A DNA stretch of 36,670 nucleotides from a virus (IMGVR_UViG_3300035018_000010:1-36670); one strand, 5' to 3'. Shown: positions 26,019 to 34,969, counted from the stretch's first letter. Notes: a model not told the origin generated them from the sequence alone. Program-made: numbers and translations.

Positions 26019-26041
26019 CTTGTAGAAAGCGTTACTACAAG
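26019..26041 (-). promoter_or_regulatory. Late promoter activator dyad upstream of J
   Basis: CTTGTAG-AAAGCGTTA-CTACAAG, 45 nt from J start codon. Confidence 0.8.
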
Positions 26042-26054
26042 AGGGGGCGGCGGG

Positions 26055-26717
26055 TCAGTCCGGTGCCAGATGCGCAAGAACCAGATCTACCATCGTCGCG
26101 CGCTCCGGCGGTGTCAGGCCGAGCAGCTCGCGACGGGGATAGCGAACGGGCCGCGCGCGGGGCGAGGGGCGATCCTGACGCCCCTCCTGGTGGATCCATG
26201 CGATCTCTGCGACGTGGCCGCTGAAACCGACCCACGCCTCACTATCGGTCGCGCCGGCGCGCAGGAACTTCCCGCTCTTCAGCTTGCGGAACATGGCGCG
26301 CTGGCGGATCGCGCCACGGCGGCGGTAGCGGCCCTTGCCACCCGCGACATCGGCAGTCGGTAGCCATTTCGCCACCTTGTCCCAAAAGAAGCTGCGGATC
26401 CCGCCCGCCTCCTGATCGAAGCCGGTGAGCAGCGGCCCTTGGCGTGTCCAGCTGGCCATTGTGACGAGGCGGGGTTCGGCGGCACCCTTGGGGTAGAGGA
26501 AGCGCAACGGATAGGCACCGGGCTCAGCCGCCTCGCGGGGCTTGCGCGGCGCGTAGCTCGACCCATCGGGCGCGCGCTGGCGAGCGATGCGGGCGCGCTG
26601 TGACGCCGCGCGCTGGCGCGCGACGGTGCTGAGGATCTGGCGGCGTTCGCCAGCGGCGAGGTTGCGCAACATCGCGCCGCACAGTTCCTCGATCCGTTCG
26701 AGTCCCTGGTCGGTCAT
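26055..26717 (-). CDS. S: Virion morphogenesis / tail completion protein S (long form)
   Basis: SQRARIARQRAPDGSSYAPRK, MFRKL, IAWIHQEG, YPRRELLG; internal insertion of about 60 aa. Confidence 0.9.
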   Translation of the reverse strand: MTDQGLERIEELCGAMLRNLAAGERRQILSTVARQRAASQRARIARQRAPDGSSYAPRKPREAAEPGAYPLRFLYPKGAAEPRLVTMASWTRQGPLLTGFDQEAGGIRSFFWDKVAKWLPTADVAGGKGRYRRRGAIRQRAMFRKLKSGKFLRAGATDSEAWVGFSGHVAEIAWIHQEGRQDRPSPRARPVRYPRRELLGLTPPERATMVDLVLAHLAPD

Positions 26718-27184
26718 GGGCAGATCGTCGCGTCACTCGACGGGTGCTGCAGCGTCGCGCCCTCGGCATCCCATGCCGGTGGTGGATAGCGATCGTCGAG
26801 GTGCGACGTGGTGTAGGTGCCGCTGGCATCGTCGCGCGCCACGAGCACGCGCTCCGACAGTTCGATGTAGATCGAGACGTCCGCCGAACTGGCGTCGAGG
26901 ATTTCGGATTCGTAGCGGATCGGCTCGTGCGGCGCGCGTTCGAGCAGCTCCGGCTCCTCCTGCCCGACCCAGATCAGGATGGGCAGGATCAGCGCGTCGA
27001 TGTCGCCGGCATAATCCTGCACCACGATGTTGAGGGTGTAGCGATACTGGAAGGCGAGGTTCCCGGTCGCGCGCGAGATCACCTTGCCCTTGTCGATGAA
27101 CATCGAGAGCAGGGACGGGTCGGCCTTGAGCGCCGGAACCTTGTCCAGCAGCATCGTGCGGAGCGAGGACGGCTTGTGCAGCAT
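26714..27184 (-). CDS. R: Tail completion protein R
   Basis: KPSSLR, FIDKG, FQYRYTLNIVVQDYAGD, IELSERV. Confidence 0.92.
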   Translation of the reverse strand: MLHKPSSLRTMLLDKVPALKADPSLLSMFIDKGKVISRATGNLAFQYRYTLNIVVQDYAGDIDALILPILIWVGQEEPELLERAPHEPIRYESEILDASSADVSIYIELSERVLVARDDASGTYTTSHLDDRYPPPAWDAEGATLQHPSSDATICP

Positions 27185-27187
27185 CGG

Positions 27188-27511
27188 CTATTTTCCGGCC
27201 TCGGGAACCGGGCAGCTGCCCGGCGTGATCCAGTTGATCAGCCGCCGGGTGCGGTCGAACAGGTCGCGATAGCCAAGCGCCAGCCCCTTGAGCGGCGCGC
27301 GCACGCTTTCCGGGATCGTCGCGGTCGCGTCGGTCGGAAAGGGCTTGGCCGGTTCGGGGCAGGTCAGCAGATCCGCAGGCGGCGTGTCCTTCACCGGCAC
27401 TGCGACGACGTGCGTTTCGGGGCGGATGTCGGGCTTAGCGCAGCCCGCCAAGGTCGTTGATGCCAGCAAACCAGTTGCCGTCAACGCGATCATCATCGCC
27501 AATCTGCGCAT
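27188..27511 (-). CDS. Outer-membrane lipoprotein o-spanin (Rz1-like)
   Basis: Signal peptide with lipobox LAGC, PPADLLTCP; GGAGG RBS; start lies inside the i-spanin 3' end. Confidence 0.82.
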   Translation of the reverse strand: MRRLAMMIALTATGLLASTTLAGCAKPDIRPETHVVAVPVKDTPPADLLTCPEPAKPFPTDATATIPESVRAPLKGLALGYRDLFDRTRRLINWITPGSCPVPEAGK

Positions 27512-27941
27512 CGACTTCCTCCATTTTGGACACGGCACCGCGCCGCGCGACCACGTCACGCGAGGCGGTGGCGATATCCGTTTTCGTCTTGGTTTCCCGC
27601 TCGCTCTGGGCGGTGGCGAGGGTGTCGGCGGTCTTGCTGATCGCCTGCGCCTTAAAGGATGCCAGATCCTGCACCGCCTCGCTGCAAAGCTGGCCGCGCG
27701 TCTTCTTGACCCGGCGCTTGCCCTTGTCGGTCGCGATCTCGACCGTCGCGGCCTCGGGCGTGGTGCCGGTGAAGGCGCAGACCTGAGCGCCCCAACCTGC
27801 CCATGCATCGCGATCGGCGCGGACGCGCTGGCCATCGACGTAAAACCAGGCGGCGACGCTGGCGAGGGCGAGCAGCACCCACCAGCTCGACCCAAGAAAG
27901 CCGCTTGCGGCCTTGGCCGCGCCGGTGAGCGTCTTGATCAC
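27435..27941 (-). CDS. Inner-membrane i-spanin (Rz-like)
   Basis: N-terminal TM (WWVLLALASVAAWFYV), helical periplasmic part; GTGA overlap with endolysin stop. Confidence 0.78.
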   Translation of the reverse strand: MIKTLTGAAKAASGFLGSSWWVLLALASVAAWFYVDGQRVRADRDAWAGWGAQVCAFTGTTPEAATVEIATDKGKRRVKKTRGQLCSEAVQDLASFKAQAISKTADTLATAQSERETKTKTDIATASRDVVARRGAVSKMEEVDAQIGDDDRVDGNWFAGINDLGGLR

Positions 27942-28396
27942 AGCCCTTCCTCCCGCAGCCATGCGGCCACGTCGAACGAGGGGCATTGCTTGAGCCATTC
28001 GTGCGGCTCGACCTTGCCGTCGCGGTCAGCGTCGGGGGAAAGGTCGCGGTGGCCGCAGACCCGTGCGCCCGGGAAGCGTTGCTTCAGCTCGACGATCAGC
28101 TCGCGCATGGCGGCGCGCTGCTCCGGCGTGCGGGTGTCCTTCGCCTTACCCTGGGCATCGACGCCGCCGGCGTAGCAGATGCCGATCGAGCCGGCATTGT
28201 GGCCCTCGACATGGGCACCGGTTTGCTCAAGCGGGCGACCAACCTCGCGCGTGCCGTTGAGGCGCAGGAAGTAGTGATAGCCGATCGTGCGGAAGCCGCG
28301 CTGGCGGTGCATCCGCGTGATATCGGCGGCCGTGATCGCCTGCCCCTCGCGGGTCGCGGCGCAGTGGATCACGATCTTGTCGATGACGCGCATCAT
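27938..28396 (-). CDS. Endolysin, T7-lysozyme-like N-acetylmuramoyl-L-alanine amidase
   Basis: IVIHCAAT, IGYHY, GAHVEGHN..SIGICYAGG, GHRD, KQCPSFDV (Zn ligands H,H,C). Confidence 0.93.
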   Translation of the reverse strand: MMRVIDKIVIHCAATREGQAITAADITRMHRQRGFRTIGYHYFLRLNGTREVGRPLEQTGAHVEGHNAGSIGICYAGGVDAQGKAKDTRTPEQRAAMRELIVELKQRFPGARVCGHRDLSPDADRDGKVEPHEWLKQCPSFDVAAWLREEGL

Positions 28397-28749
28397 TTTC
28401 CCTTTCCGATGAGGCGGTCGCGGATCAGGGCGGGCAAGCCGCCGATGACGTCGGACGCGCCGGCGATGAAACGGGGGGTGGCTTCGAAGGCGATCATGCC
28501 GATGGTGAAGGCGATGGCCTGCATGACGAACGGGTCGGCCGCATCGCGAAACCAGATCGGCCACAGCGCGCCGATCGCGCGCGTGACGAACCAGCTCACC
28601 ACGATGCCGACCGCGAGCTGCACAAACCGCTCGCGCCACGTCAGCCCCTTGCGCCAGACCATGCCGACCGCCGCGCCGATCGCGCCGGGGGCGAGACCCG
28701 AGAGGAGGGTCAGAATAGCCTCGACCAGCGCGTAGAATTTGCTTTCCAT
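28393..28749 (-). CDS. Putative holin
   Basis: 3 hydrophobic segments, basic C-terminus, located between X and endolysin. Confidence 0.72.
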   Translation of the reverse strand: MESKFYALVEAILTLLSGLAPGAIGAAVGMVWRKGLTWRERFVQLAVGIVVSWFVTRAIGALWPIWFRDAADPFVMQAIAFTIGMIAFEATPRFIAGASDVIGGLPALIRDRLIGKGK

Positions 28750-28750
28750 G

Positions 28751-28966
28751 TCAGCTCCAGAGTTGGACGAGCGCGCGAGTGGCGGGGGCCGAGGACGCGG
28801 CGGGGGGAACGATGACGGGCGTGCCCGCCGGAAGCACCGCGCCGAGGCCCGCGATGCCGCGATTTTCCGCCATGACGGCGGGCAATGCCTCCGGGCCGAG
28901 GCGGCGTTCGCGCCAGATGAGGCCGTCGAGCGTGTCGCCCGCGCGGGCGCGGATGGTGTCTGCCAT
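28751..28966 (-). CDS. X: Tail protein X (LysM-like)
   Basis: ARAGDTLDGLIWR..VMAENRGIA.LG.VLPAGTPV..P..VQLW. Confidence 0.93.
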   Translation of the reverse strand: MADTIRARAGDTLDGLIWRERRLGPEALPAVMAENRGIAGLGAVLPAGTPVIVPPAASSAPATRALVQLWS

Positions 28967-29448
28967 CAGATCAGCTCCACCACGGTTCGCCCTTCGCCGC
29001 GGATATCGCGGACAGCGTGAATCATGTCGCGGCGCAGCTCGCCGAGCGCTGGATCCAGTTCCTCGACCTGCCGCTGCCCCGCCCCGGTCAGGTCATTGTC
29101 GCGGTAGCGCTCGACCAGCTCGACCTTCGCGGCGGCGCAGATCGCGCCCGAATAGAGCAGGAGCAGCTGGCTCGTGTCGTCGATTTCAACCGCCGGTACT
29201 GCAGCCATAGTGGTGTGGCCGGCGGCGACCTGAGCGGCCTTCCACCCGGCGAGCTGGCGGTTGACGGTGATGATCCCGTCGATGATCGCGCGGCGCAGGC
29301 GGGGCGCGGTGACGCCTTCGCGCACGCGGCTGTTGCGGCGGACCTCGGCGGGGTCGATGTCGGGAAACCAGCCATCGTTGGTGACCACCGCTTCCGCCTC
29401 GGGCGGAGCAGGCGAAACCGGGGTTGCGTCGAAGACGAAGTCACTCAT
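28966..29448 (-). CDS. L: Head completion/stabilization protein L
   Basis: VTNDGWFPDID, VTAPRLR, ERYRDNDLTGAG, AVRDIRG..RTVVELI; ATGA start at 29448. Confidence 0.92.
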   Translation of the reverse strand: MSDFVFDATPVSPAPPEAEAVVTNDGWFPDIDPAEVRRNSRVREGVTAPRLRRAIIDGIITVNRQLAGWKAAQVAAGHTTMAAVPAVEIDDTSQLLLLYSGAICAAAKVELVERYRDNDLTGAGQRQVEELDPALGELRRDMIHAVRDIRGEGRTVVELI

Positions 29449-29702
29449 TGCGAGAGCGCCAAGGCGAGCACGCACGCGGTGCCGAAATAGAGGGCGAAGC
29501 CGAAGATGCTGAGCGCGATCGAGGCGGTGCGACAGCGCCAGTCAGACGCGAGGAAGGCAAAGACCAGACCCGCCGCGACGGCCCACATGCTCACAAGCAT
29601 GACGATCGCGGCGACCAGGGCGACCAGCGCCGAGGGGGCGAAGATCCCCGCCATGATGATCGCGGTCAGCGCGGCGAGGATAAATGCGCGAGCGATGTTC
29701 AT
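29445..29702 (-). CDS. Hydrophobic membrane protein (85 aa) inserted between M and L
   Basis: About 3 TM segments, AAGGA RBS, stop overlaps L start. Confidence 0.62.
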   Translation of the reverse strand: MNIARAFILAALTAIIMAGIFAPSALVALVAAIVMLVSMWAVAAGLVFAFLASDWRCRTASIALSIFGFALYFGTACVLALALSQ

Positions 29703-29721
29703 GGGCGGTCCTTCGAATATT

Positions 29722-29793
29722 TCGGGGGTGGGGATCGGGTCACTGGCGGCCCTCAGGCCGAAGCCCCTCCCGCCATGCGCGATCCGCCCCCGA
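29722..29793 (-). other. Long stem-loop in the M-L intergenic region
   Basis: Nested complementary arms (TCGGGGG/CCCCCGA, GGATCG/CGATCC, TGGCGG/CCGCCA) capped by a C(UUCG)G hairpin on the minus strand. Confidence 0.55.
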
Positions 29794-29811
29794 CGCCGGG
29801 GGGCGAGCCTG

Positions 29812-30645
29812 TCAGCCGGTCTGTGCCGGCGGTTCGAGTGCGGTGATCAGCTTGGCCAGCTTCTTGATCCGGTCGGTCACACCGACGCGCTGATCGAGGG
29901 TGCGAGCGCGACCGAGGGTTTCGAGCGCGGTCTTGGCCAGCGGGGCGTCCAAGATGACGTCGCCAGCCGGGCTGAGCGCGGCGCGCATCTGCTCGACGCC
30001 GATCACCTTCTTGAGCTTGGCGCGGATCTGATCGTGCATGTCCGCGCCAGCGGTGAGCAGGTCGATGCGCGCGAGGATCTCGAACGGGAACGCCTCTCCA
30101 GCCTGCTGCACCTTCAGCGCTGCGGTGGCGATCTCTTCGACGATGAGCGCCGGGGCGGTGCGCTCATAGCGAGCGGGAAGGGGGAGGTTGTGGGCGAGAA
30201 CGTGCTCGACCAGGACAAGCGCGCCTTCGAAGTCGCCCGTGTCGATCCGCCAGATCATGACGGTTGGCAGGACATCTTCCTCAAGGCCGACGCCCGCCTC
30301 GACCAGCCCCTGCACCCATGCCGCATAGTGCGGGAGCATTTCGCGCTTCGCGTCGATCCTCTTCTCGATCGACGCGATGTCGCGCAGGCGGCGCAGATCG
30401 TGCTGCAGGCGCAAATTGACCTGGGCAGTGGCGCGCTCATGCGGCGTGCCCGAGTCCGCCGCCGCGACCGACGGCTCCGCCTGCGCCGTGGCGGCGGCGG
30501 TGGCGAGCGTGCGGTCGCGGCGGTTGCGGGCGAGGCTGCGGTTCGGCGGCGGCGCGTCGGGTAGCCCGCTCGCCGCAACAGGAGCGACCGCCACTTCGGA
30601 TGGTGCATTCAGGAACTTGTCCCGGTGCTTGCGTGCGAGGCTCAT
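29812..30645 (-). CDS. M: Terminase small (endonuclease) subunit M
   Basis: MSLARKHR, DLRRLRDIASIE..KREMLP.Y..WV.G, VMIWRIDTGD, DMHDQIRAKL. Confidence 0.93.
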   Translation of the reverse strand: MSLARKHRDKFLNAPSEVAVAPVAASGLPDAPPPNRSLARNRRDRTLATAAATAQAEPSVAAADSGTPHERATAQVNLRLQHDLRRLRDIASIEKRIDAKREMLPHYAAWVQGLVEAGVGLEEDVLPTVMIWRIDTGDFEGALVLVEHVLAHNLPLPARYERTAPALIVEEIATAALKVQQAGEAFPFEILARIDLLTAGADMHDQIRAKLKKVIGVEQMRAALSPAGDVILDAPLAKTALETLGRARTLDQRVGVTDRIKKLAKLITALEPPAQTG

Positions 30646-30689
30646 TGCGGATCCTTTGGGGCGAGCGGACTAGGTTGGGGCGCGGGCGA

Positions 30690-31772
30690 TCAGGCCGCCG
30701 GCTTCGCGCCCATGACGATGTTCTCGACCAGCGCGCAGAGGCCGTAGTCTTCGACGACATAGGACTCGTTGACGCTCTCGTAGTTTTCGACCTGGTCGAG
30801 GGCGGGTTCGTCGCGGAGGTGACGACGCCGCGTTTCCTCCTGCTCGTAGATCGACAGGTTATCGAGGCGGGTGATCAGGATAGCGCCCGCCGGGAAGCCG
30901 GGAACGCGCACCGCAGGAAGACCGCCAACCTTCTTGGTCGAGATCAGCACGTCACGCGCGAGCTGTTCGGTCGCCTTGTCGCCCGCCTCGTTGACGATGT
31001 TGAAATACTTGTCGTGGACCAGATCGCGGCCACAGATCACGACCAACTCGGTATCGTCGCGCTGCCATTCGTCGAGCAACTCGGTCGCATCCATGACGAG
31101 GGCGTCGAGGTTGACATAGTCGGCCTCGGCGGTCGCATCGTTCTCTTCGGCTTCGTTGTAGATCTCGACGCCGGGCTTCACGTAGATCGCCTTGGTCGGG
31201 GCCGTGGACAGCGCGCCGTCGTCGAGCACCCGCTCCGGTGCGAAGGTGCGGATCTTGAACAGCCAGCCCTTGTTGACGTCCTGAAGCAGCGGGTTGGCGA
31301 CGCGGTCGGTCTGCGCCGCGACCGAGGTGCCGTGCCAGCCGATCAGGATGCGGTCCATGCCCTGGCGCTTGAGGATCGCATTGCGGAGAAGCTGCTGGAA
31401 CTCGGGACGGTGCCGCCAGGCATCGAGCGTGGCGTATTTGATCGCGGTGTCGAAATTGGTCTTTTCGCAGCGATAGCGACCGCCGTCCGAGGTGTCGGTC
31501 GCGGGCGTGGGCGTGCGGCGGTTGCCGATGGCGGTGTTGGTGCGCCCCGCGATCGTGCGGGTGACGCCGACGCCGACCTTGTCGCCCTCCTGCTCGGGGA
31601 CGAGAATCAGATTGATGCGGGTGAGGAAGTCGCTCTGCGACTGCTGAACCTCGACCAGCTTCTGCTGCACGACAGGCGCGACGGTGAACTGCTCGGCCGC
31701 GCTGGCGACCCCGCTGAGGAGCGCGATCTGCGAAACATAGGCGTTGTAGAGGGGGCGGGTGGCGTTGCGCAT
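30690..31772 (-). CDS. N: Major capsid protein, P2 family
   Basis: MRNATR, IAGRTNT, YRCEKTNFDT, NPLLQDVNKGW, DNLSIY, YESVNESYVVEDY. Confidence 0.97.
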   Translation of the reverse strand: MRNATRPLYNAYVSQIALLSGVASAAEQFTVAPVVQQKLVEVQQSQSDFLTRINLILVPEQEGDKVGVGVTRTIAGRTNTAIGNRRTPTPATDTSDGGRYRCEKTNFDTAIKYATLDAWRHRPEFQQLLRNAILKRQGMDRILIGWHGTSVAAQTDRVANPLLQDVNKGWLFKIRTFAPERVLDDGALSTAPTKAIYVKPGVEIYNEAEENDATAEADYVNLDALVMDATELLDEWQRDDTELVVICGRDLVHDKYFNIVNEAGDKATEQLARDVLISTKKVGGLPAVRVPGFPAGAILITRLDNLSIYEQEETRRRHLRDEPALDQVENYESVNESYVVEDYGLCALVENIVMGAKPAA

Positions 31773-31821
31773 CGGGGGGACTCCTGGGCGTCTAAAGGCG
31801 GGCGGCTAGAAAGGGGGGCGA

Positions 31822-32640
31822 TCAGCAGTCGGTGAGGATGCCGGTGCCGCCGCCAGCGGGCGGGCGGCTGAACTGGGTTTCGGGCGTCTTTTCGAGCTTC
31901 GCCTTAATGGCGGCGAACTCGGTCTGCATCGCGGCCTGCGCCTGTGTTACGGGTTCGAGCGCGGCGGCGATCGACTTGGCGACGGTGTCACCCATCGCGG
32001 TCGCGAACGCGGCGAGGTTATTGTCGTTGGCCGGTTCCTTGACCGGTGGCTCGGGGGCCGGCTCAGGCTCGCTGCCCTTGAATTTGGCGGTGAGGGCAGA
32101 GAAGAAACCGGCGATGGCGTTCTCAACCTTGCCGGGGTCGGACGGGCTGACCTCGAACCCGAACTCGACGGCATCGGTGCCGTGGGCGTGGAAGGTGCCC
32201 GGCGCGCTGCGCGAGAACTGCAGCTTCTGAGTCGCGATCGACGCGGGCGAGTCGGTGAAGGCGAGGCCGACAAGCCCAACCTTTTCGATACCGGCATAAG
32301 CAGGCGTCAGCTCGACAGAGGGGAAGGGCTTCTGGTCAGCCTTGGCCAGCTTGATCAGCTGGGCGTTCCCCTCGACCTGCGCATACAGCGCCTTGCGCTT
32401 CTCGACCTTGCCGTCGATCGTGATGTCGTCGATCTGCGCCTTGACTGCGATCACGTCGCCATAGCCATTAAACGGCGGTTCGGGGCTGTAGCCCTTGATA
32501 TGTTCGACGTTGATGCGCGGGGTGTAGGTTTCCGCGTTGAAGGTCTCGACGATCTGATCGATCATCTCGGGGGTGATCACGCGGCCGTCGCTGATCGTGC
32601 TGCCGGCGACGAAGCAGCGGAAGAATTTGCTCTTGGCCAT
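31822..32640 (-). CDS. O: Capsid scaffolding protein/protease O
   Basis: MAKSKFF..GSTISDGRVI, YTPRINVEH, GLAFTDSPASIAT, C-terminal LTDC; start at ATG 32640. Confidence 0.94.
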   Translation of the reverse strand: MAKSKFFRCFVAGSTISDGRVITPEMIDQIVETFNAETYTPRINVEHIKGYSPEPPFNGYGDVIAVKAQIDDITIDGKVEKRKALYAQVEGNAQLIKLAKADQKPFPSVELTPAYAGIEKVGLVGLAFTDSPASIATQKLQFSRSAPGTFHAHGTDAVEFGFEVSPSDPGKVENAIAGFFSALTAKFKGSEPEPAPEPPVKEPANDNNLAAFATAMGDTVAKSIAAALEPVTQAQAAMQTEFAAIKAKLEKTPETQFSRPPAGGGTGILTDC

Positions 32641-32739
32641 GATGGTGCGGTCCCTCGGGTCGGTTCGATGCTGGGCGGCGCAGGCCGCGCTGACCCTGCG
32701 AGAAGGGGACCAAGGGGCGGCGCATCTCAAGCGCGGGGA

Positions 32740-32762
32740 CTTGTAGTAACGCTTTCTACAAG
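32740..32762. promoter_or_regulatory. Late promoter activator dyad between divergent O and P
   Basis: CTTGTAGTAACGCTTTCTACAAG, exact reverse complement of 26019-26041; 48 nt from P ATG. Confidence 0.8.
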
Positions 32763-32809
32763 AGGCGCGGCGCGAAGGCGGGGGCGATGCGCGACTAGGT
32801 TCCGCCGCG

Positions 32810-34969
32810 ATGGCGACGCTTCCTCCTAATTTCGGCGAGCACCTGCCCGCAAACACGTTCCCGATCCCGATCACGGCGGATCGATGGGCGCGCAGCCTGT
32901 ATTGGGCGGGGTGGGGCGTCACCCAGATCGCGGACGAGCTGCAGCTGCTCGGCTATCGCAACGATGAAACCGGCAAAGCCTATGCGCGATCGACAGTGGA
33001 GGCGTGGAAGCAACGTCAGGGGTGGGACAAGACCGCCCCGATCGACAAGGTCGCCAACACCGCCGAGCTGCGCATCAACCAGCTGATCCTGAAGCCGAAC
33101 AAGACGGGCGGGGACTTCAAAGAGATCGACCTGCTCATGCGCCAGCTGGTGCAGGTCGCGCGGATCAACAAATACACGCGAGGCGGCAACGAGGCCGACC
33201 TCAACGAAAAGGTCGGCAACCGCAACGCCGGCGAGCGCAAGAAGGCGGTCAAGAACCACTTCACCGAAGAGCAGGTCGAGCAGCTCGAAGCGATCTTCGA
33301 GGCCGAGCTGTTCGGATATCAGGAGGATTGGTGGGCCGCGAAGGATCAGCGCACGCGCATGATCCTGAAGTCGCGCCAGATCGGCGCGACCTGGTATTTC
33401 GCGCGTGAAGCGCTGCTCGACGCGCTGCGCGGGGGCGGCAACCAGATCTTCCTGTCAGCGTCGAAGAATCAGGCCCATATCTTCCGGGGCTACATCATCC
33501 AGTTCGCCGCGCGCGTCGGCGTCAAGCTGCAGGGCGACCCGATCGTCGTCACCGCCGACACAATGCCCGAGGGCGAGCCGGCGGCCGAGCTGATCTTCCT
33601 CGGCACCAATGCGCGCACCGCGCAGGGCTATCACGGCAATTTCTACTTCGACGAGTTCTTCTGGACCTATGGCTTTGAGGAGCTGAACAAGGTCGCGAGC
33701 GCGATGGCGATGCACAAGCGCTGGCGTCGCACCTATTTCTCCACGCCCAGCTCGGTCGCACATCAGGCGCACCCCTATTGGACCGGCGAGCGGCGCAACC
33801 GGCGGGTCAAGAAAGAGGAGCGCGTCACAATCGACGTCAGCCATGCCCGGTTGATGGCGGGCGTGCTGTGCGAGGACAATATCTGGCGACAGATCGTGAC
33901 GATCGAGGACGCGGCGGCGCGCGGGTGCGACCTGTTCGACATCGACGAGCTGCGCGTCGAATATGCGCCCGACGAATTCGCCAACCTGTTGCTATGCCAG
34001 TTCGTCGATGACAGCCTGTCGGCATTCAAGTTCAACGAGCTGCAGCGCGCGACCGTCGATGCGATGGTCGATTGGCGTGACGTCGATCTGCTCGCCCCGC
34101 GCCCTGTTGGCAATCGCGCGGTCTGGGCGGGCTATGATCCGCAGGAGAGCGAGGACGGCGACAATGCGGCGCTGGTGATCGCGCTGCCCCCCGAGGGGCC
34201 GGGCGGCAAGTTCCGCCTGATCGAGCGCCATCAGCTGCGCGGGCTCGATTTTCAGGCGCAGGCCGAGTTCATCATCGCGCGCCTCAAGCGCTACAACTGC
34301 ACCTATCTCGGCATCGACGCCAATGGCTGCGGCGTCGGTGTTTATCAGTGCCTGCAGCGCGAGAATGTGCGCGGCCTGGTCAAGATCGAATATTCGCTCG
34401 AAGCGAAGGCGACGATGGTCATGAAGGCGCAGCACAGTTTCGCCCGTGGGCGCATCGAGTTCGACGCCGGGTGGATCGACGTCCAGTCGAGCTTCCTGTC
34501 GATCAAGAAGGCGCTGACCCGTGGCGGTGCGGCGATCACATTCAAGGCGAGCCGCAGCGACGACATCGGCCACGCCGATCTGGCCTGGGCGGTCATGCAC
34601 ATCCTCATCAACGAACCCCTGGACGGCAAGGCGCGGCCGAAGACGCGCATGGAGATTATGGATGGCGAAGAGGGATCGAGCGCGGCGGATGTCGACGAAG
34701 GAATCGGCGGCGGCTTCGCGTGGAGCCATCGTGGGGACGTCGAATGCGGGGGAGATGACCGCCTTCAGCTTTGGCGACCCGGAGCCGGTGTTGAACCGGC
34801 GCGAGCTGATCGACATGCTCGAATGCCCGCACAACAACCGCTGGTTCGAGCCGCCCATTCCCGTCGATGGGCTGGCGCGCGCGTTTCGCGTGTCGCCGCA
34901 CCACAGCTCCGCCATCTACCTCAAGCGCAACCTGCTCGCCGCGTCGTTCGTCCCCTCGCCGCAGCTTAG
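32810..34969 (+). CDS. P: Terminase large (ATPase) subunit P, with about 100-aa read-through tail
   Basis: LYWAGW, KEIDLL, ILKSRQIGATWYFAREA, FLGTNARTAQ, YFDEFFW, GYDP, HADLAWA; P-like sequence ends near 34660. Confidence 0.94.
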   Translation: MATLPPNFGEHLPANTFPIPITADRWARSLYWAGWGVTQIADELQLLGYRNDETGKAYARSTVEAWKQRQGWDKTAPIDKVANTAELRINQLILKPNKTGGDFKEIDLLMRQLVQVARINKYTRGGNEADLNEKVGNRNAGERKKAVKNHFTEEQVEQLEAIFEAELFGYQEDWWAAKDQRTRMILKSRQIGATWYFAREALLDALRGGGNQIFLSASKNQAHIFRGYIIQFAARVGVKLQGDPIVVTADTMPEGEPAAELIFLGTNARTAQGYHGNFYFDEFFWTYGFEELNKVASAMAMHKRWRRTYFSTPSSVAHQAHPYWTGERRNRRVKKEERVTIDVSHARLMAGVLCEDNIWRQIVTIEDAAARGCDLFDIDELRVEYAPDEFANLLLCQFVDDSLSAFKFNELQRATVDAMVDWRDVDLLAPRPVGNRAVWAGYDPQESEDGDNAALVIALPPEGPGGKFRLIERHQLRGLDFQAQAEFIIARLKRYNCTYLGIDANGCGVGVYQCLQRENVRGLVKIEYSLEAKATMVMKAQHSFARGRIEFDAGWIDVQSSFLSIKKALTRGGAAITFKASRSDDIGHADLAWAVMHILINEPLDGKARPKTRMEIMDGEEGSSAADVDEGIGGGFAWSHRGDVECGGDDRLQLWRPGAGVEPARADRHARMPAQQPLVRAAHSRRWAGARVSRVAAPQLRHLPQAQPARRVVRPLAAA

